Positions 1 to 9,961 of a stretch of 32,406 bases of DNA are shown here, in pieces. The notes below the pieces were generated by a model, which was given only the letters and a program-made list of their open reading frames with translations, did not search any database and had not been told where the DNA came from. The position numbers were made by a program, and so were the translations under genes. How positions within the stretch are numbered: the first letter of the stretch is position 1; every line of letters begins with the position of its first letter. Location of the stretch: the NCBI RefSeq assembly GCF_004010195.1, contig NC_057719.1, positions 46,671,533 to 46,703,938 of the forward strand. Reading direction: 5' to 3'. The DNA is from Chiloscyllium plagiosum. Taxonomy: Eukaryota.

Positions 1-996
1 TATCCAAATTAAACTCCATCTGCCACACTTCAGCCCAATGACCAATTGATCAAGATCTCTTTGTAATCTTAGGTAACCTTCTTCGTTGTCTACTATACAA
101 CAAATTTTGGTGTCATCTGCAAACCTACTAGCCATGTGTTCTAAATTCTCATCTAAATCGTTTATATAAATTACAAACAAAAGAAAGCCCAGTCTTGATC
201 CCTGTGGAACACTACTGGTCACAGGTCTCTGAAAAATAACCCTCCACCATTACTCACTGTCTCTTGTTGTTAAGCCAATTTTATATTCAATTGGCAAGTT
301 CACCCTGAATCTCATGTGATTTAACTTTACTAATTAACGTACTATGTGGAACCTTGTCAAAGGTTTTACTGAAGTCCAAGTAAACAACAGGAAAAATTGA
401 CGTTTCGGGCAAAAGCCCTTCAACAGGAAATGGGCAGCCCTTACTGATGAAGGGCTTTTGCCCAAGACATTGATTTTTCCTGCTCCTCGGATGCTGTCTG
501 GCCTGCTTTGCTTCTCCAGCACCACTCTAATCTTGACTCTGATCCCTAGCATCTGCAGTACCCACCTCCGTCTCGTCCAAGTAAACAACGTCTACTGGCT
601 CTGCCCTCATCAGTCTTCTTCATTACTTCCTGAAAAATATCAATCAAGTTTGTGAGACACGATTTCCCTCCACAAAACCATGCTGACTATCCCTAATCAA
701 TCCCTAATCAATCCTTGCACATAAATCCTATCTTTTAGAATCACCTCCAACAATTTATCTACCATCAAAGTCAGGTCGAGAGCTCCCAGGCTTCTCCTTA
801 CATCCTTCCTTCAGCAAGCTTACAACATTAGCCACACTCTAGTCCTCCGGTACCTCAACCATAGTTATAGATGATACAAATATTTCTAAAAGGGATGCTG
901 CAATTTCCTCCCTAACTTCCCACAACCTCCTGGGATGCACTAGATCAGATCTGGAGATTTATCCACCTTTGCATTTGCTAGGACCTCCAAGACTTC
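1..996 (-). mobile_element. CR1 LINE ORF2 (RT region) fragment, decayed; interrupted by a PLE insertion at 389-574
   Basis: The reverse complement reads gtttgcagatgacaccaaaatt (FADDTK) near 103-124, VPQGS near 196-210, DFSKTFDKVPH near 346-378 and QHGF near 676-687. It has stops and frameshifts and continues at 1850-1978 after a plus-strand CR1 insertion. Confidence 0.9.
389..574. mobile_element. Penelope-like element 3'-end fold-back insertion with two opposed, degenerate hammerhead cores
   Basis: A 15 bp TSD, GTCCAAGTAAACAAC, lies at 374-388 and 575-589. There is an internal imperfect inverted repeat (389-426 vs 444-481). The tail gatgctgtctggcctgctttgcttctccagcaccactctaatc...agcatctgcag matches the PLE ends at 11399-11462 and 31987-32115. 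Confidence 0.85.
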
Positions 997-1843
997 AAGG
1001 ACTGATTTGGGATAGTCAACATGGCTTTGTGCATGGGAAATCATGTCGTACAAACTTGATTGAGTATTTTGAAGAAGAAACAAAGAAGATTGATGAGGGC
1101 AGAGCAGTAGATGTGATCTATATGTATTTCAGTAAGGCATTCAACAAGGTTCCCCATGGGAGACTGATTAGCAAGGTTAGATCTCAGGGAATACAGGGAG
1201 AACTAGCCATTTGGATACAGAACTGGCTCAAAGGTAGAAGACAGAGGGTGGTGGTGGATGGTTGTTTTTCAGACTGGAGGCCTGTGACCAGTGGAGTGCC
1301 ACAAGGATCGGTGCTGGGCCCTCTACTTTTTGTCATTTACATGAATGANNNNNNNNNNNNNNNNNNNNNNNNNNNNNNNNNNNNNNNNNNNNNNNNNNNN
1401 NNNNNNNNNNNNNNNNNNNNNGTTCAGAAAAGATTTACAAGGATGTTGCCAGGGTTGGAGGATCTGAGCTACAGGGAGAGGCTGAACAGGCTGGGACTGT
1501 TTTCCCTGGAGCGTCAGAGGCTGAGGGGTGACCTTATAGAGGTTTACAAAATTGTGAGTGGCATGGATAGGATAAATAGACAAAGTCTTTCCCTGGGGCA
1601 ACTTTTTCACGCAGAGGGTGGTACGTGTATGGGATGAGCTACCAGAGGATGTGGTGGAGGCTGGTACAATTGCAACATTTAAGAGGCATTTGGATGGGTA
1701 TATGAATAGGAAGGATTTGGAGGAATATGGGCCGGGTGCTGGCAGGTGGGACTAGATTGGGTTGGGATATCTGGTTGGCATGGACGGATTGGATCGAAGG
1801 GTCTGTTTCCGTGCTGTACATCTCTATGATTCTATGACTCTAT
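997..1843 (+). mobile_element. 5'-truncated CR1 LINE (RT C-terminus plus 3' UTR), relatively young; contains the assembly gap
   Basis: ORF 969-1637 shows [35 protein letters not shown] and RLRGDLIEVYKI. The 3' tail is (tctatga[t/c])n. A candidate TSD, GACTTC, lies at 991-996 and 1844-1849. There is a short internal deletion near 1598 relative to the copy at 3711-3790. Confidence 0.93.
1349..1421. other. Assembly gap (73 N)
   Basis: Run of Ns inside the CR1 copy. Confidence 0.99.
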
Positions 1844-1849
1844 GACTTC

Positions 1850-1978
1850 CTCTTCCATAATGTGAACTGTTTCCAAAACATCAATATTTATTTCTCTGTG
1901 CTTTCTAGCCTCCATTTCTTTTTCCAAGGAGAAACAAATGCTTTAAAATATTCATTTAGTATCTCTCCCATCTTCTGA
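1850..1978 (-). mobile_element. Continuation of the minus-strand CR1 from 1-996 (EN-RT linker)
   Basis: The reverse complement contains gatgggagagatactaaatgaatatttt (MGEILNEYF), equivalent to the linker at 27514-27540. Confidence 0.75.
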
Positions 1979-3553
1979 GATTCCTCTATTTAGATCCGTA
2001 TGCATACTTAAAATAAATAGAGGATTCTTCTTTATGAATTCAATACAATTATTGTAATGATAATCTGAGTGAGATGAAGGTAAAGAGACAACACTATGGG
2101 AATTGTACACTGCAGCAATTCCTCTGATATATTTTCTAGACAAGAAGAGCTGCGTAATGCTGGAATTAACATGGAATCTGTAATCAGTTCAAAGGAAGTC
2201 ACATGGAACTAGAGTACAAAATTATTGTAGAAGAGACATGATTCATGTGGTTTAATGAGTTTGAACAAGTTTGCATCATCGAGCTCCAATGTGGATATTT
2301 GCGGGGCGAGTTCAATTTGCATCCTCCTGGCAAAGCTCAGAATCTTACCCTGGGCTGGTACTGGCATGATAGAGACTGTGCCATCCCCAGAATTGCTTCA
2401 CCATCCCAAATCTAATGCGGATCCATTCCCACATTGAGTCACATTGGTTCCTGCCATGCCTCAGGCTACAGTGATATGTCTAATTTGCAATTAAATGAAG
2501 CCCAAAGAAGAAATTAATTCAAGCCACAGGCTGCCAAGACCTAACCCATGGAGCAGTTAATCTGCTGAGTTCATAGAATCACCAACTGATATGGTACAGA
2601 AGAAAGCTATTTGGCCCATCATGTAGCGACTGGATCTTCAAATGAGCATTATGATTTCGTGACATCTTCCTGCCCTTTCCCCATAACCCTGCACATTATT
2701 TCTATTTATATAATCATCTGATGCCCTCTTGAATGCTTTGATTTAACTATGCATCCAGTCAGTGCCTTCCAGACCTACACCACACACTGTCTGATAAGGT
2801 TTCTTCTCATATCACATTTCCTTCTTTTGCAAATCACTTTCAATCTGTGTCTGCTCATTCTTGATTCACTAACATGGAGAAACGTTTCTGCTTATCTACT
2901 CTGTCCAACATCATGCACTTTTCAAAACTGGAGTCAAATCTCTCAGCTATCTCCCCTCCAAGGAAAGCAGACCCACCTTCAGCAATCTCTCTTCATAGCT
3001 GAAGTTCTTCATTCCTGGAAGCATTTTCACAAACTACCTCTGTACTCTCTCCAATAAAGTCATGTCGTTCCTAATGTGTAGTGCACGGAACTGTATACAA
3101 AACACCAGCTGAGGTCTAAGTAGTGTTTTATAAAGATTGAGCATAACTTCCTTGACATTCAATGACATTATTAATAAAACCAAGAGCATTGTGTGCTTTA
3201 TGAACTGTGCTCTCTACATGAACTGCAATATTTAATGCCTTATATCTACACCAATATCTCTCTGCTCCTGCACACACATTAGAGAAATACACTTTAGGTT
3301 AGACAGTCTCTCCACAGTCTTTTTACCGAAATATATCACCTCACATTTCTTTGATTTGAACTTCATCTACTACTTATTCGTTCATCCCACTAATTTCTTA
3401 ATGTCTTTTTGAAGTTTTACCACTGTCCTCACATTTTACAAAGCTTTGAAATTTTGTGTCATCCATAAATTTGGAAATTGTCCCTTGAACTCCAAAATTT
3501 AGATAATTCATATTAATCAATAAAAGCAAGGGTCTCAACACTATGCTTACAAT

Positions 3554-4033
3554 GATTTACAAGGATGTTGCCAGGGTTGGAGGATGTGAGCTATAGGGAG
3601 AGGCTGAATAGGCTGGGGCTGTTTTCCCTGGAATGTCGGAGGCTGAGGGGTGACTTTATAGAGGTTTATAAAATCATGAGGGGCATGGATATGATAAATA
3701 GACAAGGTCTTTTCCCTGGGGTGGGGAATCCAAAACTAGAGGGCATAGGTTTTGGGGAAAGTTTTAAAAGGGAACTAAGGTGCAACGTTTTAACACAGAT
3801 GGTGATACATGTATGGAATGAACTGCCAGAGGAAGTGATGGAAGCTAGTATAATTACACCATTTAAAAGTCATCTGGTTGGATCCATGAAAAGGAAGGGT
3901 TTAAAGGGATATGGGCCAATTGCTGGCAAATGGGACTAGATTAGGTTAGGATATATGGTCAGGATATATGGTCGGCATGGATGAGTTGGACCGAAAGGCT
4001 CTGTTTCTGTGCTGTACTTCTCTATGACTCTAT
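3554..4033 (+). mobile_element. 5'-truncated CR1 LINE 3' fragment
   Basis: ORF 3565-3939 reads MLPGLEDVSYRERLNRLGLFSLECRRLRGDFIEVYKIM. The 3' UTR and ctatgact tail closely resemble 1422-1843. A 13 bp micro-duplication lies at 3948-3973. Confidence 0.92.
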
Positions 4034-4167
4034 AATCCCAGGGGAACTTCTCTACAAACTTTCCTCCAGTCTGAGAGTTATCCATTCATAATCACTGTCT
4101 GTTTTCTATCCCTCAGCCAATTTTGTATCCGTGTTGTTATTAATCCTTTACCTCTGAGTTGGAACAT

Positions 4168-4324
4168 TTCTCTGCACCTTCACTGTGGCTGTAACACTAT
4201 ATTCTGCCCTCTGTTCTGCTACCCTGATGCACTTTGTATGGTACGATCTGCCCAAATAGAATGTAAAACAACATTTTTCACTGTATCTCTGTACATGTGA
4301 CAACAAAAAAATCTAACAAACAAA
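4168..4324 (+). mobile_element. Short retroposon 3' tail, Rex/Babar-like
   Basis: Ends in ttttcactgtatctctgtacatgtgacaacaaa...caaacaaa. The same terminal motif occurs at 8732-8783 (+) and 26943-27000 (-). The clade assignment is from recalled Rex1-type 3' ends. Confidence 0.5.
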
Positions 4325-4719
4325 TGCTATGTCAAATGACTTCTGGAAGTCCACACGCTATATCAACAGCGTTAACCTCATCAACACTCTCTCTCAGCAT
4401 TTTAAAGAACTCTTGTATGTTAGTCAAGCAGGACTTTCCCTTGAATATATGTTTAATACCTCAGCTTTCTGTCAACTTCCATATATAGATTTTGTTTGGC
4501 CCTAATCAGCTCTATGCTTTCTTTTGTCACATGTAGCTCTTGGATTGATTGTAACTGGTTCCCATCTGTATGGCCTCTTTGATCTTGCTCCCTGCATTCT
4601 CAGTGGTCAATAGCTCCTGGCCATTATTTAATTTAGTTTGGTCAATTATCTCTCAGGGTCAATTTCTCCAGCTGTTGGTCTTCTTAGAATGGCCAATTTT
4701 GGGCCCATGGTCACTTGAC

Positions 4720-5280
4720 CACATACACTCAACCACAGAAGCTGTTCCTCAGCTGCAGATGGCTAATTGGAAACAGGTGAATGCACCACTGCACAGGAGA
4801 CACATCAAACATCAGACCAGACCCAGAGGTTCAAGCAATACTACATCAGAACTATTCAAAGAATAGGTATAACAACACATAGATGAACAGCCAACAACAT
4901 CATGCATCTTTCTCATTAAGAGACCAGCGTGATTTAAGGATTATGTGTGCAATTCATGTGCATAGATTACAGGAATAATGAGCTACTAATGCATCACAAT
5001 AGTCATGTATGTATTTGTTAACTTGGGAAACTCAAAATGTATAAGATAATGTATGTAAGTGTTTTTCTCTTTATTGGTGTTAAAAGGGGAATGTTTGGAT
5101 TGAAATACAATCATGTACAAATGTCCCTAATTTGCAATAGTCTTGGAAACCGTACCATGGTGTAGGTGTGCACACCTTAAGCCCACTTGAGTAAATCCCT
5201 CATGTTGACCACATTGTTGTGTTATACACATGAGTTAATGTGTGTTTTCTTAACCAGTAGCACACAAAATAACCATTGCT
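4720..5280 (+). mobile_element. Gypsy-like LTR retrotransposon remnant (pol C-terminal tail, PPT, probable 3' LTR)
   Basis: 4912-4947 translates LIKRPA*FKDYV, which resembles the RPxRxKDYV terminus of Gypsy pol. A polypurine tract, AAAAGGGGAA (5082-5091), is followed directly by TG at 5092. The boundaries are approximate. Confidence 0.55.
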
Positions 5281-6365
5281 CATCCATCTAGTCAAGGCAC
5301 ACAAACTAATGGACACTGGTCTAAGACACCAGAAATATCAGTTCTTAAGTGGGCATTTCACAGTGAATCAGCTGTCAGTAGGAGGAGGACGTGAAAGTGG
5401 AGTGAAAGGAGAAAAAAAATTTGGTGGAAGTCAAAATTAATTTCATCAGTAAGTACCTAATTATGAAACATTCTATACTACTATTAGATTTATGCACATT
5501 TGTTTTTAAAGATTAAATATTTTAGAAGATGCAAATTAGACTGCCAGAAAAGCGAAGATTGCCAGTACAGAGACAGTTAAAATGATTACTGTGGCCAAAA
5601 ATGTTACCAGCTAAGCTGTTACTAGACATGGCATAAATAGCAGCATCATAAAACGTGGTGTAACACAGTTTGTTATCATCAGTTTTCACAGATTAATAAA
5701 CACGCTGGACAGTACAAAGCATTTCTCTCATGTCAAATAATTAACATGGAAAATATTTCAGATCTAAAATCTAGTTCTAAAGGAATTAGACTTCTTGAGA
5801 AGTTTCATGGCAATATCATAGTCAATTTTACTTCATGCACTATTCTTGAATTTGTAAGAACAATAGGTTTCTAATAGCTTCAGAGTACATTATATTTTGC
5901 TTGCCATGAGAATCACTGTTCATAATAACCTTTTTTATGGTAATCAGTTTTAATATTGCCTTTCCCAGGAGATTTAGCTTCGTTCTCTGTGCTATCAATT
6001 CAAAAGAACAGATCTAACTTACAAATTAAATTCACCTCATTCTTCAAATTAGTTGAGAATGTTCGCCATTTTGTGCACAAAGATTTTTAATGTTAGCGAT
6101 GTCACAACTGTGTATACAATACAATGGGGGGAGTTTGCTCTTCCCTGGTATTGTATGAGAAATAGCAAGAAAGTTAGGAAAATACAGAAAGAATAGAGAT
6201 ATTAAAATCTCAACATCAAGGTAACATTTTGCCATTTTCCACTTAAGCCCAAAACGATGACTCCAAAATCCCTCCATTGAACTGTGAATATCTTATTTCC
6301 ATGTGTTTGCATCTCATTAAATCCCCACCTTACTTTATGTACACTTCTGAATCTCCTCTCCTTCT

Positions 6366-6392
6366 CTGATCCTGATCCCGATCCTGATCCTG
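6366..6392. repeat. Short (CTGATC)n hexamer repeat
   Basis: ctgatcctgatcccgatcctgatcctg. Confidence 0.8.
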
Positions 6393-6632
6393 TACCAACA
6401 GTTGGTTGCTTGTTGGACTTGAGTAATGTTTGGCAATTGCAAACTTCTCCATCCTTGGAATGGCTATAGAATGCTCATTTCTCATGCCATGTACTCTGCT
6501 ACTAAAGCATTTGACAAGGTCCTTCATGGTAAGCTGGTGTAGAAGATTAAGTCCCATGGGATTCACTGTGAGTTGGACACAAAACTGGCTTAGTCATAGA
6601 AGACAGAGGGCAGTTAGTTTAGAGTGGCATCA

Positions 6633-6831
6633 GTTGAAACTTTATTGCTGGAACAGCACAGCAGGTCAGGCAGCATCCAGGGAACAGGAGATTCGACGTT
6701 TCGGGAACAGGCCCTTCTTCAGGAAAGAAGCGTCGAATCTCCTGTTCCCTGGATGCTGCCTGACCTGCTGTGCTGTTCCAGCAATAAAGTTTCAACTTTG
6801 ATCTCCAGCATCTGCAGACCTCACTTTCTCC
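6633..6831. mobile_element. Young PLE 3'-end fold-back insertion with a perfect 67 bp inverted repeat
   Basis: Arms 6632-6698 and 6731-6797 are exact reverse complements with a 32 bp spacer. A 14 bp TSD, TTAGAGTGGCATCA, lies at 6619-6632 and 6832-6845. Confidence 0.92.
6695..6722 (-). ncRNA. Minimal type I hammerhead ribozyme-like core (family A)
   Basis: Minus strand reads CTGAAGA-A-GGG-CCTGTT-CCC-GAAA-CGTC. The helix I base ttc/gaa can pair. Confidence 0.7.
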
Positions 6832-7669
6832 TTAGAGTGGCATCATACTCAGCATGGACACGGTGGGCCAAAAGGCCTGTTCCTGTGCTGTGGTGTTCTA
6901 TGTTCCTATATTGTCTCTCATGAGTGTGACTTCACCAGGACTGACAGCAACAAAGACACTAGAGCAGAGGTTTGAAGAGTGCAAGTGAAGGTTTCTTTAC
7001 TAAAGTGCAGTGTATTCACAATGATTACCACAGGCGCCAGCAATGTAGCCTCAATAAAGTTTTCTCCTCCTTTGCCACCCACTGTGTTTAAAGGCAGTCC
7101 TGACGTCAGATGGAGGGAGCCTGCTCTGCAGTTGGCTTTGTTGGCCTCTAAGACTTGGTGGGTCATCGTTGGGTGCCTTTGGACTCAAAGCATCCACACC
7201 TACCTAGAGTCTCCTGTCCAGCTGGAGGCTCATTCTGTTCCTGAGAGGAAGCTTTTTACTCTTCCTGACCCTTCCTCCTCCCTGTGGGTACCACACCACC
7301 TTCCTTTGTGCACTCTCCCTGTGACCTCCATGCTGAGCACCTTTGGCTACAGTGCTGGAATGTGGGTCTGTGGAGAGACTGGGTCTCCATGGTGAGCATC
7401 AAGCTCTACATGAAGACAGCCAGGAAAATCCATACACAGGAGCCAGCACAGTCCTGGTAACATTGAAGTGTTTCCTTCAATTCAGTTTACTGTGTGCTTC
7501 TGACAAACCTGCCTGTTGTTCCTTTACCTGTCCGGGCATTTCGATAAAGTCATTAGGGCTGAGACCATGGGATCATCTTCTGCTTGTGGCTGAGAAATTG
7601 CCTGGTCTCTGGCAGTCATCTGTGAGCCCGGGACTTGGGGCATTCACCTCAATTGGCTAAGGAGAGGTG

Positions 7670-7757
7670 AAAATGTGTAGCTGGAAAAGCGCAGCAGGTC
7701 AGGCAGCATCCAAGGAGCAGGAGAATCGACGTTTCGGGCATGAGCCCTTCTTCAGGA
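7670..7757 (-). mobile_element. PLE 3'-end fragment (family A)
   Basis: The reverse complement reads cctgaagaagggctcatgcccgaaacgtcgattctcctgctccttggatgctgcctgacctgctgcgcttttccagc. Confidence 0.85.
7728..7755 (-). ncRNA. Minimal hammerhead ribozyme-like core (family A), all core nucleotides intact
   Basis: CTGAAGA-A-GGGC-TCAT-GCCC-GAAA-CGTC, with a GUC cleavage triplet and a self-complementary ACGT helix III. Confidence 0.72.
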
Positions 7758-7803
7758 GTGTCAGTGATGTGCTCTTTACATTGTGCTCCCAAGTTTAATT
7801 GAG

Positions 7804-7805
<2 letters not shown>

Positions 7806-7836
<31 letters not shown>
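7806..7836. repeat. (AG)15 microsatellite
   Basis: Uninterrupted AG run. Confidence 0.98.
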
Positions 7837-7838
<2 letters not shown>

Positions 7839-8090
7839 ACAACGGTGAAAGTCTCCAAGTCAGTGCAGACAGCAGGTGAACCTGTTGCTGTGCATCCTCT
7901 GAGGATTCAGTGGCTTCATCCTCAAAGTTGGACGTGGAGCTAAGGGTTTCTGGCCCTGGCCACTTCCAGGCAGAGTGCTATAAGTACCTGCCAAGAGGAA
8001 GAGGGGAATGAATTGTCTAAAGAGGAGTAGAAGCTTGTGTGAATTAAGAATGAGTTCAAACTGGGATTAATGGCAGACCAACATATGAAG

Positions 8091-8570
8091 CTTACAGGTT
8101 GACTAGCCATTGAGATCTCCCCATCCACACATGAGCTGTCAGCTCTTTTTGGCTAATTTGAGAATCTTTTCATTGTGTGGGGTATGAACCTGATGGCCCC
8201 GCCCCAATCTCAGCCCACTAATGGAACAATGTTTTTCCAGCAATGACACAAATGAAGTGGTTGGAAAGAGCAGTTACTGGTGATGCAGAAGTAGGAGAGG
8301 TGGTGAGGTATTGCCACGGAGTGAGGAGGCGGCGCAGAGGACAAGAAGAGTTAATAGTTTGGGAGGAAGACGATGAGTGCTGTTGAATAAATGTGATATA
8401 TGCAATAGAGAGGGTCATTGTCATGAACCTTGGTGAGAGGCATGAGCTGTGGCAGTGTTAGAGTCAGTGCTGGCCCTGTGAGTGTGAGCAAGCAGAGAGA
8501 CAATGATAGCATTTATCCTTGTGCAGCAAAAACGATCATTGAGCTTTTCCTTGCACTGCTGGGTGGTACC
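8091..8570 (-). pseudogene. Decayed Harbinger-type Myb/SANT DNA-binding gene remnant
   Basis: 8570-8517 translates GTTQQCKEKLNDRFCCTR, resembling the Myb/SANT C-terminal QCxKKxNDL helix. 8125-8096 translates DGEISMASQP and is followed by a GTAAG donor. The layout parallels the better-preserved copy at 20373-24000. Confidence 0.45.
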
Positions 8571-8699
8571 CCTTCCTACCCTCATTACAATCCATAGTGG
8601 ACTGGGCACTAGGTACTCTGTACTGAAGGTGGCACCATGTGTTGGTGACATTGTTACAATGTAACAAATCTGCAACTGAAAAGGCTGTACCAAGGTCCC

Positions 8700-8783
8700 T
8701 TAGTACCCAAGATGGCATTGTAGGTAGCGACTTCACTGTACTCATTTGAGTACATGTGACAATAAAGCTAATTCATTCATTCA
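8700..8783 (+). mobile_element. 3' end of a non-autonomous retroposon with a Rex/Babar-like tail
   Basis: aagatggc...ttcactgtactcatttgagtacatgtgacaataaagctaattcattcattca. It has a stem-loop TGTACTC-ATTT-GAGTACA (8737-8754), AATAAA and an (ATTC)n tail. Confidence 0.55.
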
Positions 8784-8896
8784 CCGTGAATTTCACTCAC
8801 CAAAACACTTTAAATTGAAGAATTCCATTATTACTATTCCATAAAAAGACTAAATCTGACCATTTACAATGGACACATATTAACTGACAAGATGGC

Positions 8897-9961
8897 TTCC
8901 AAGAGACGTATGATTTGTTGACTGACTTGAGCCAGTCAGGCAGATCAATGGGTCTTTCAACATGTGAGAATTGAAACTTTTGAGGAAGAAAACAGAGACT
9001 GAAAGGATCTCTACAAGCAATTCCTTGATATTTACTTTATTTGTGCGACAATGATTTATCAAAAGTTAGCAGTAGCAACGTGTGAGAATTGAAACTTTTG
9101 AGGAAGAAAACAGAGACTGAAAGGATCTCCACAAGCAATTCCTTGATTATTTACTTTATTTGTGCGACAATGATTTATCAAAAGTTAGCAGTAGCATCCC
9201 AGGAATATCCTCCTTAAATACAGCCATAATATTATCCCTAATTGAAAATACCACTCTCCCTCCTCTCTTGCCCCCTTTCTGTCCTTATACCATCCACAAG
9301 GGAACCTTGATTATCCAAATATAAATTATCTGAAAATTGGATTATCCGAAGGAGATCTCGAAGTCCCAATGGAAACATTAGATCAAAGACACGTTTCCAA
9401 CACTGATTGTGTCTTTTGGTTAACAGTGATTAAACATGCACCATCTCCAAATGACTGACTGCCTGGCTTCTCTCTCCCAATACTTTCCCTGGTGTTTACA
9501 GAGTGGAGTACCCTAAACCCACCTCCCCTTCCCCAGATAATCTCTCCAGCATTGACCTGTACAGGGCAAAGGTGGAGCCTATCAAAAAGTTGCAGTCAAA
9601 CATTGTGTGCGTGTGCGCGCACGCACTATTTGGAAACTTACCCCACAAAGGCAGCAGCAGCAGTCTTGTTGGTGTTCAGTCCAGCTGTACCCGGAGAGAA
9701 AGGGGGCAAGAGAGGAGGGAGAGTGGTATTTTCAATTAGGGATAATATTATGGCTGTATTTAAGGAGGATATTCCTGGGATGCTACTGCTAACTTTTGAT
9801 AAATCATTGTCGCACAAATAAAGTAAATAATCAAGGAATTGCTTGTGGAGATCCTTTCAGTCTCTGTTTTCTTCCTCAAAATTTCAATTCTCACACGTTT
9901 AAAGACCCATTGATCTGCCTGACTGGCTCAAGTCAGTCAACAAATCATACGTCTCTTGGAA
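8897..9961. repeat. Large near-perfect inverted duplication with an internal 118/119 bp tandem duplication
   Basis: The left arm, 8897-9280, contains tandem copies at 8959-9076 and 9077-9195. The right arm, 9697-9961, is the reverse complement of the left arm with one tandem unit. By eye, 9077-9280 differs from the right arm by a single 1 nt indel. Confidence 0.95.
9295..9692 (+). mobile_element. Tigger/pogo-like (Tc1-mariner) DNA transposon 5' fragment
   Basis: Begins caagggaaccttgattatccaa, followed by repeated attatc(c/t)gaa motifs (9311-9350), resembling Tigger-type TIR and subterminal repeats. It starts exactly where the CR1 endonuclease sequence of 9196-9294 breaks off. Confidence 0.55.

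Larger units (their letters stand above)
2571..4445 (-). mobile_element. Old CR1 LINE (3' end to RT), split by a plus-strand CR1 (3554-4033) and a Rex-like tail (4168-4324)
   Basis: The 3' tail reads gattctatga on the minus strand at 2571-2580. The degenerate G-V-P-x-G-S-V-L coding segment is split between 3530-3542 and 4034-4050. GKSCLTN and VDFQKxFD remnants lie at 4325-4445. Confidence 0.8.
6503..6912 (+). mobile_element. Internally deleted CR1 fragment (RT piece fused to the 3' UTR), interrupted by a PLE hairpin
   Basis: KAFDKVLHGKL and NWLSHRRQR remnants at 6503-6612. The 3' UTR gggccaaaaggcctgttcctgtgctgt...ttctatgttc lies at 6846-6912. Confidence 0.8.

Noticed and set aside
689..714. 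11 bp micro-duplication atccctaatca (similar ones at 3948-3973 and near 15808-15835)
   Set aside because: Ordinary slippage scars in dead LINEs with no sign of function.
969..1637. Longest ORF (222 aa) as a functional reverse transcriptase gene
   Set aside because: It is a 5'-truncated CR1 piece read through an N gap, lacks the visible FADD motif, and is frameshifted by a deletion near 1598.
6633..6831. MITE or pre-miRNA
   Set aside because: The inverted repeats are not terminal (34 bp of extra tail on the right), the TSD is 14 bp, and the sequence equals the PLE ends found elsewhere in the window.
6979..7660. 138 aa and 105 aa ORFs as genes
   Set aside because: No recognisable motifs; probably the antisense of decayed transposon sequence.
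8959..9195. CRISPR-like or satellite array
   Set aside because: There are only two adjacent 118 bp copies with no spacers, in a eukaryotic context with no cas genes.
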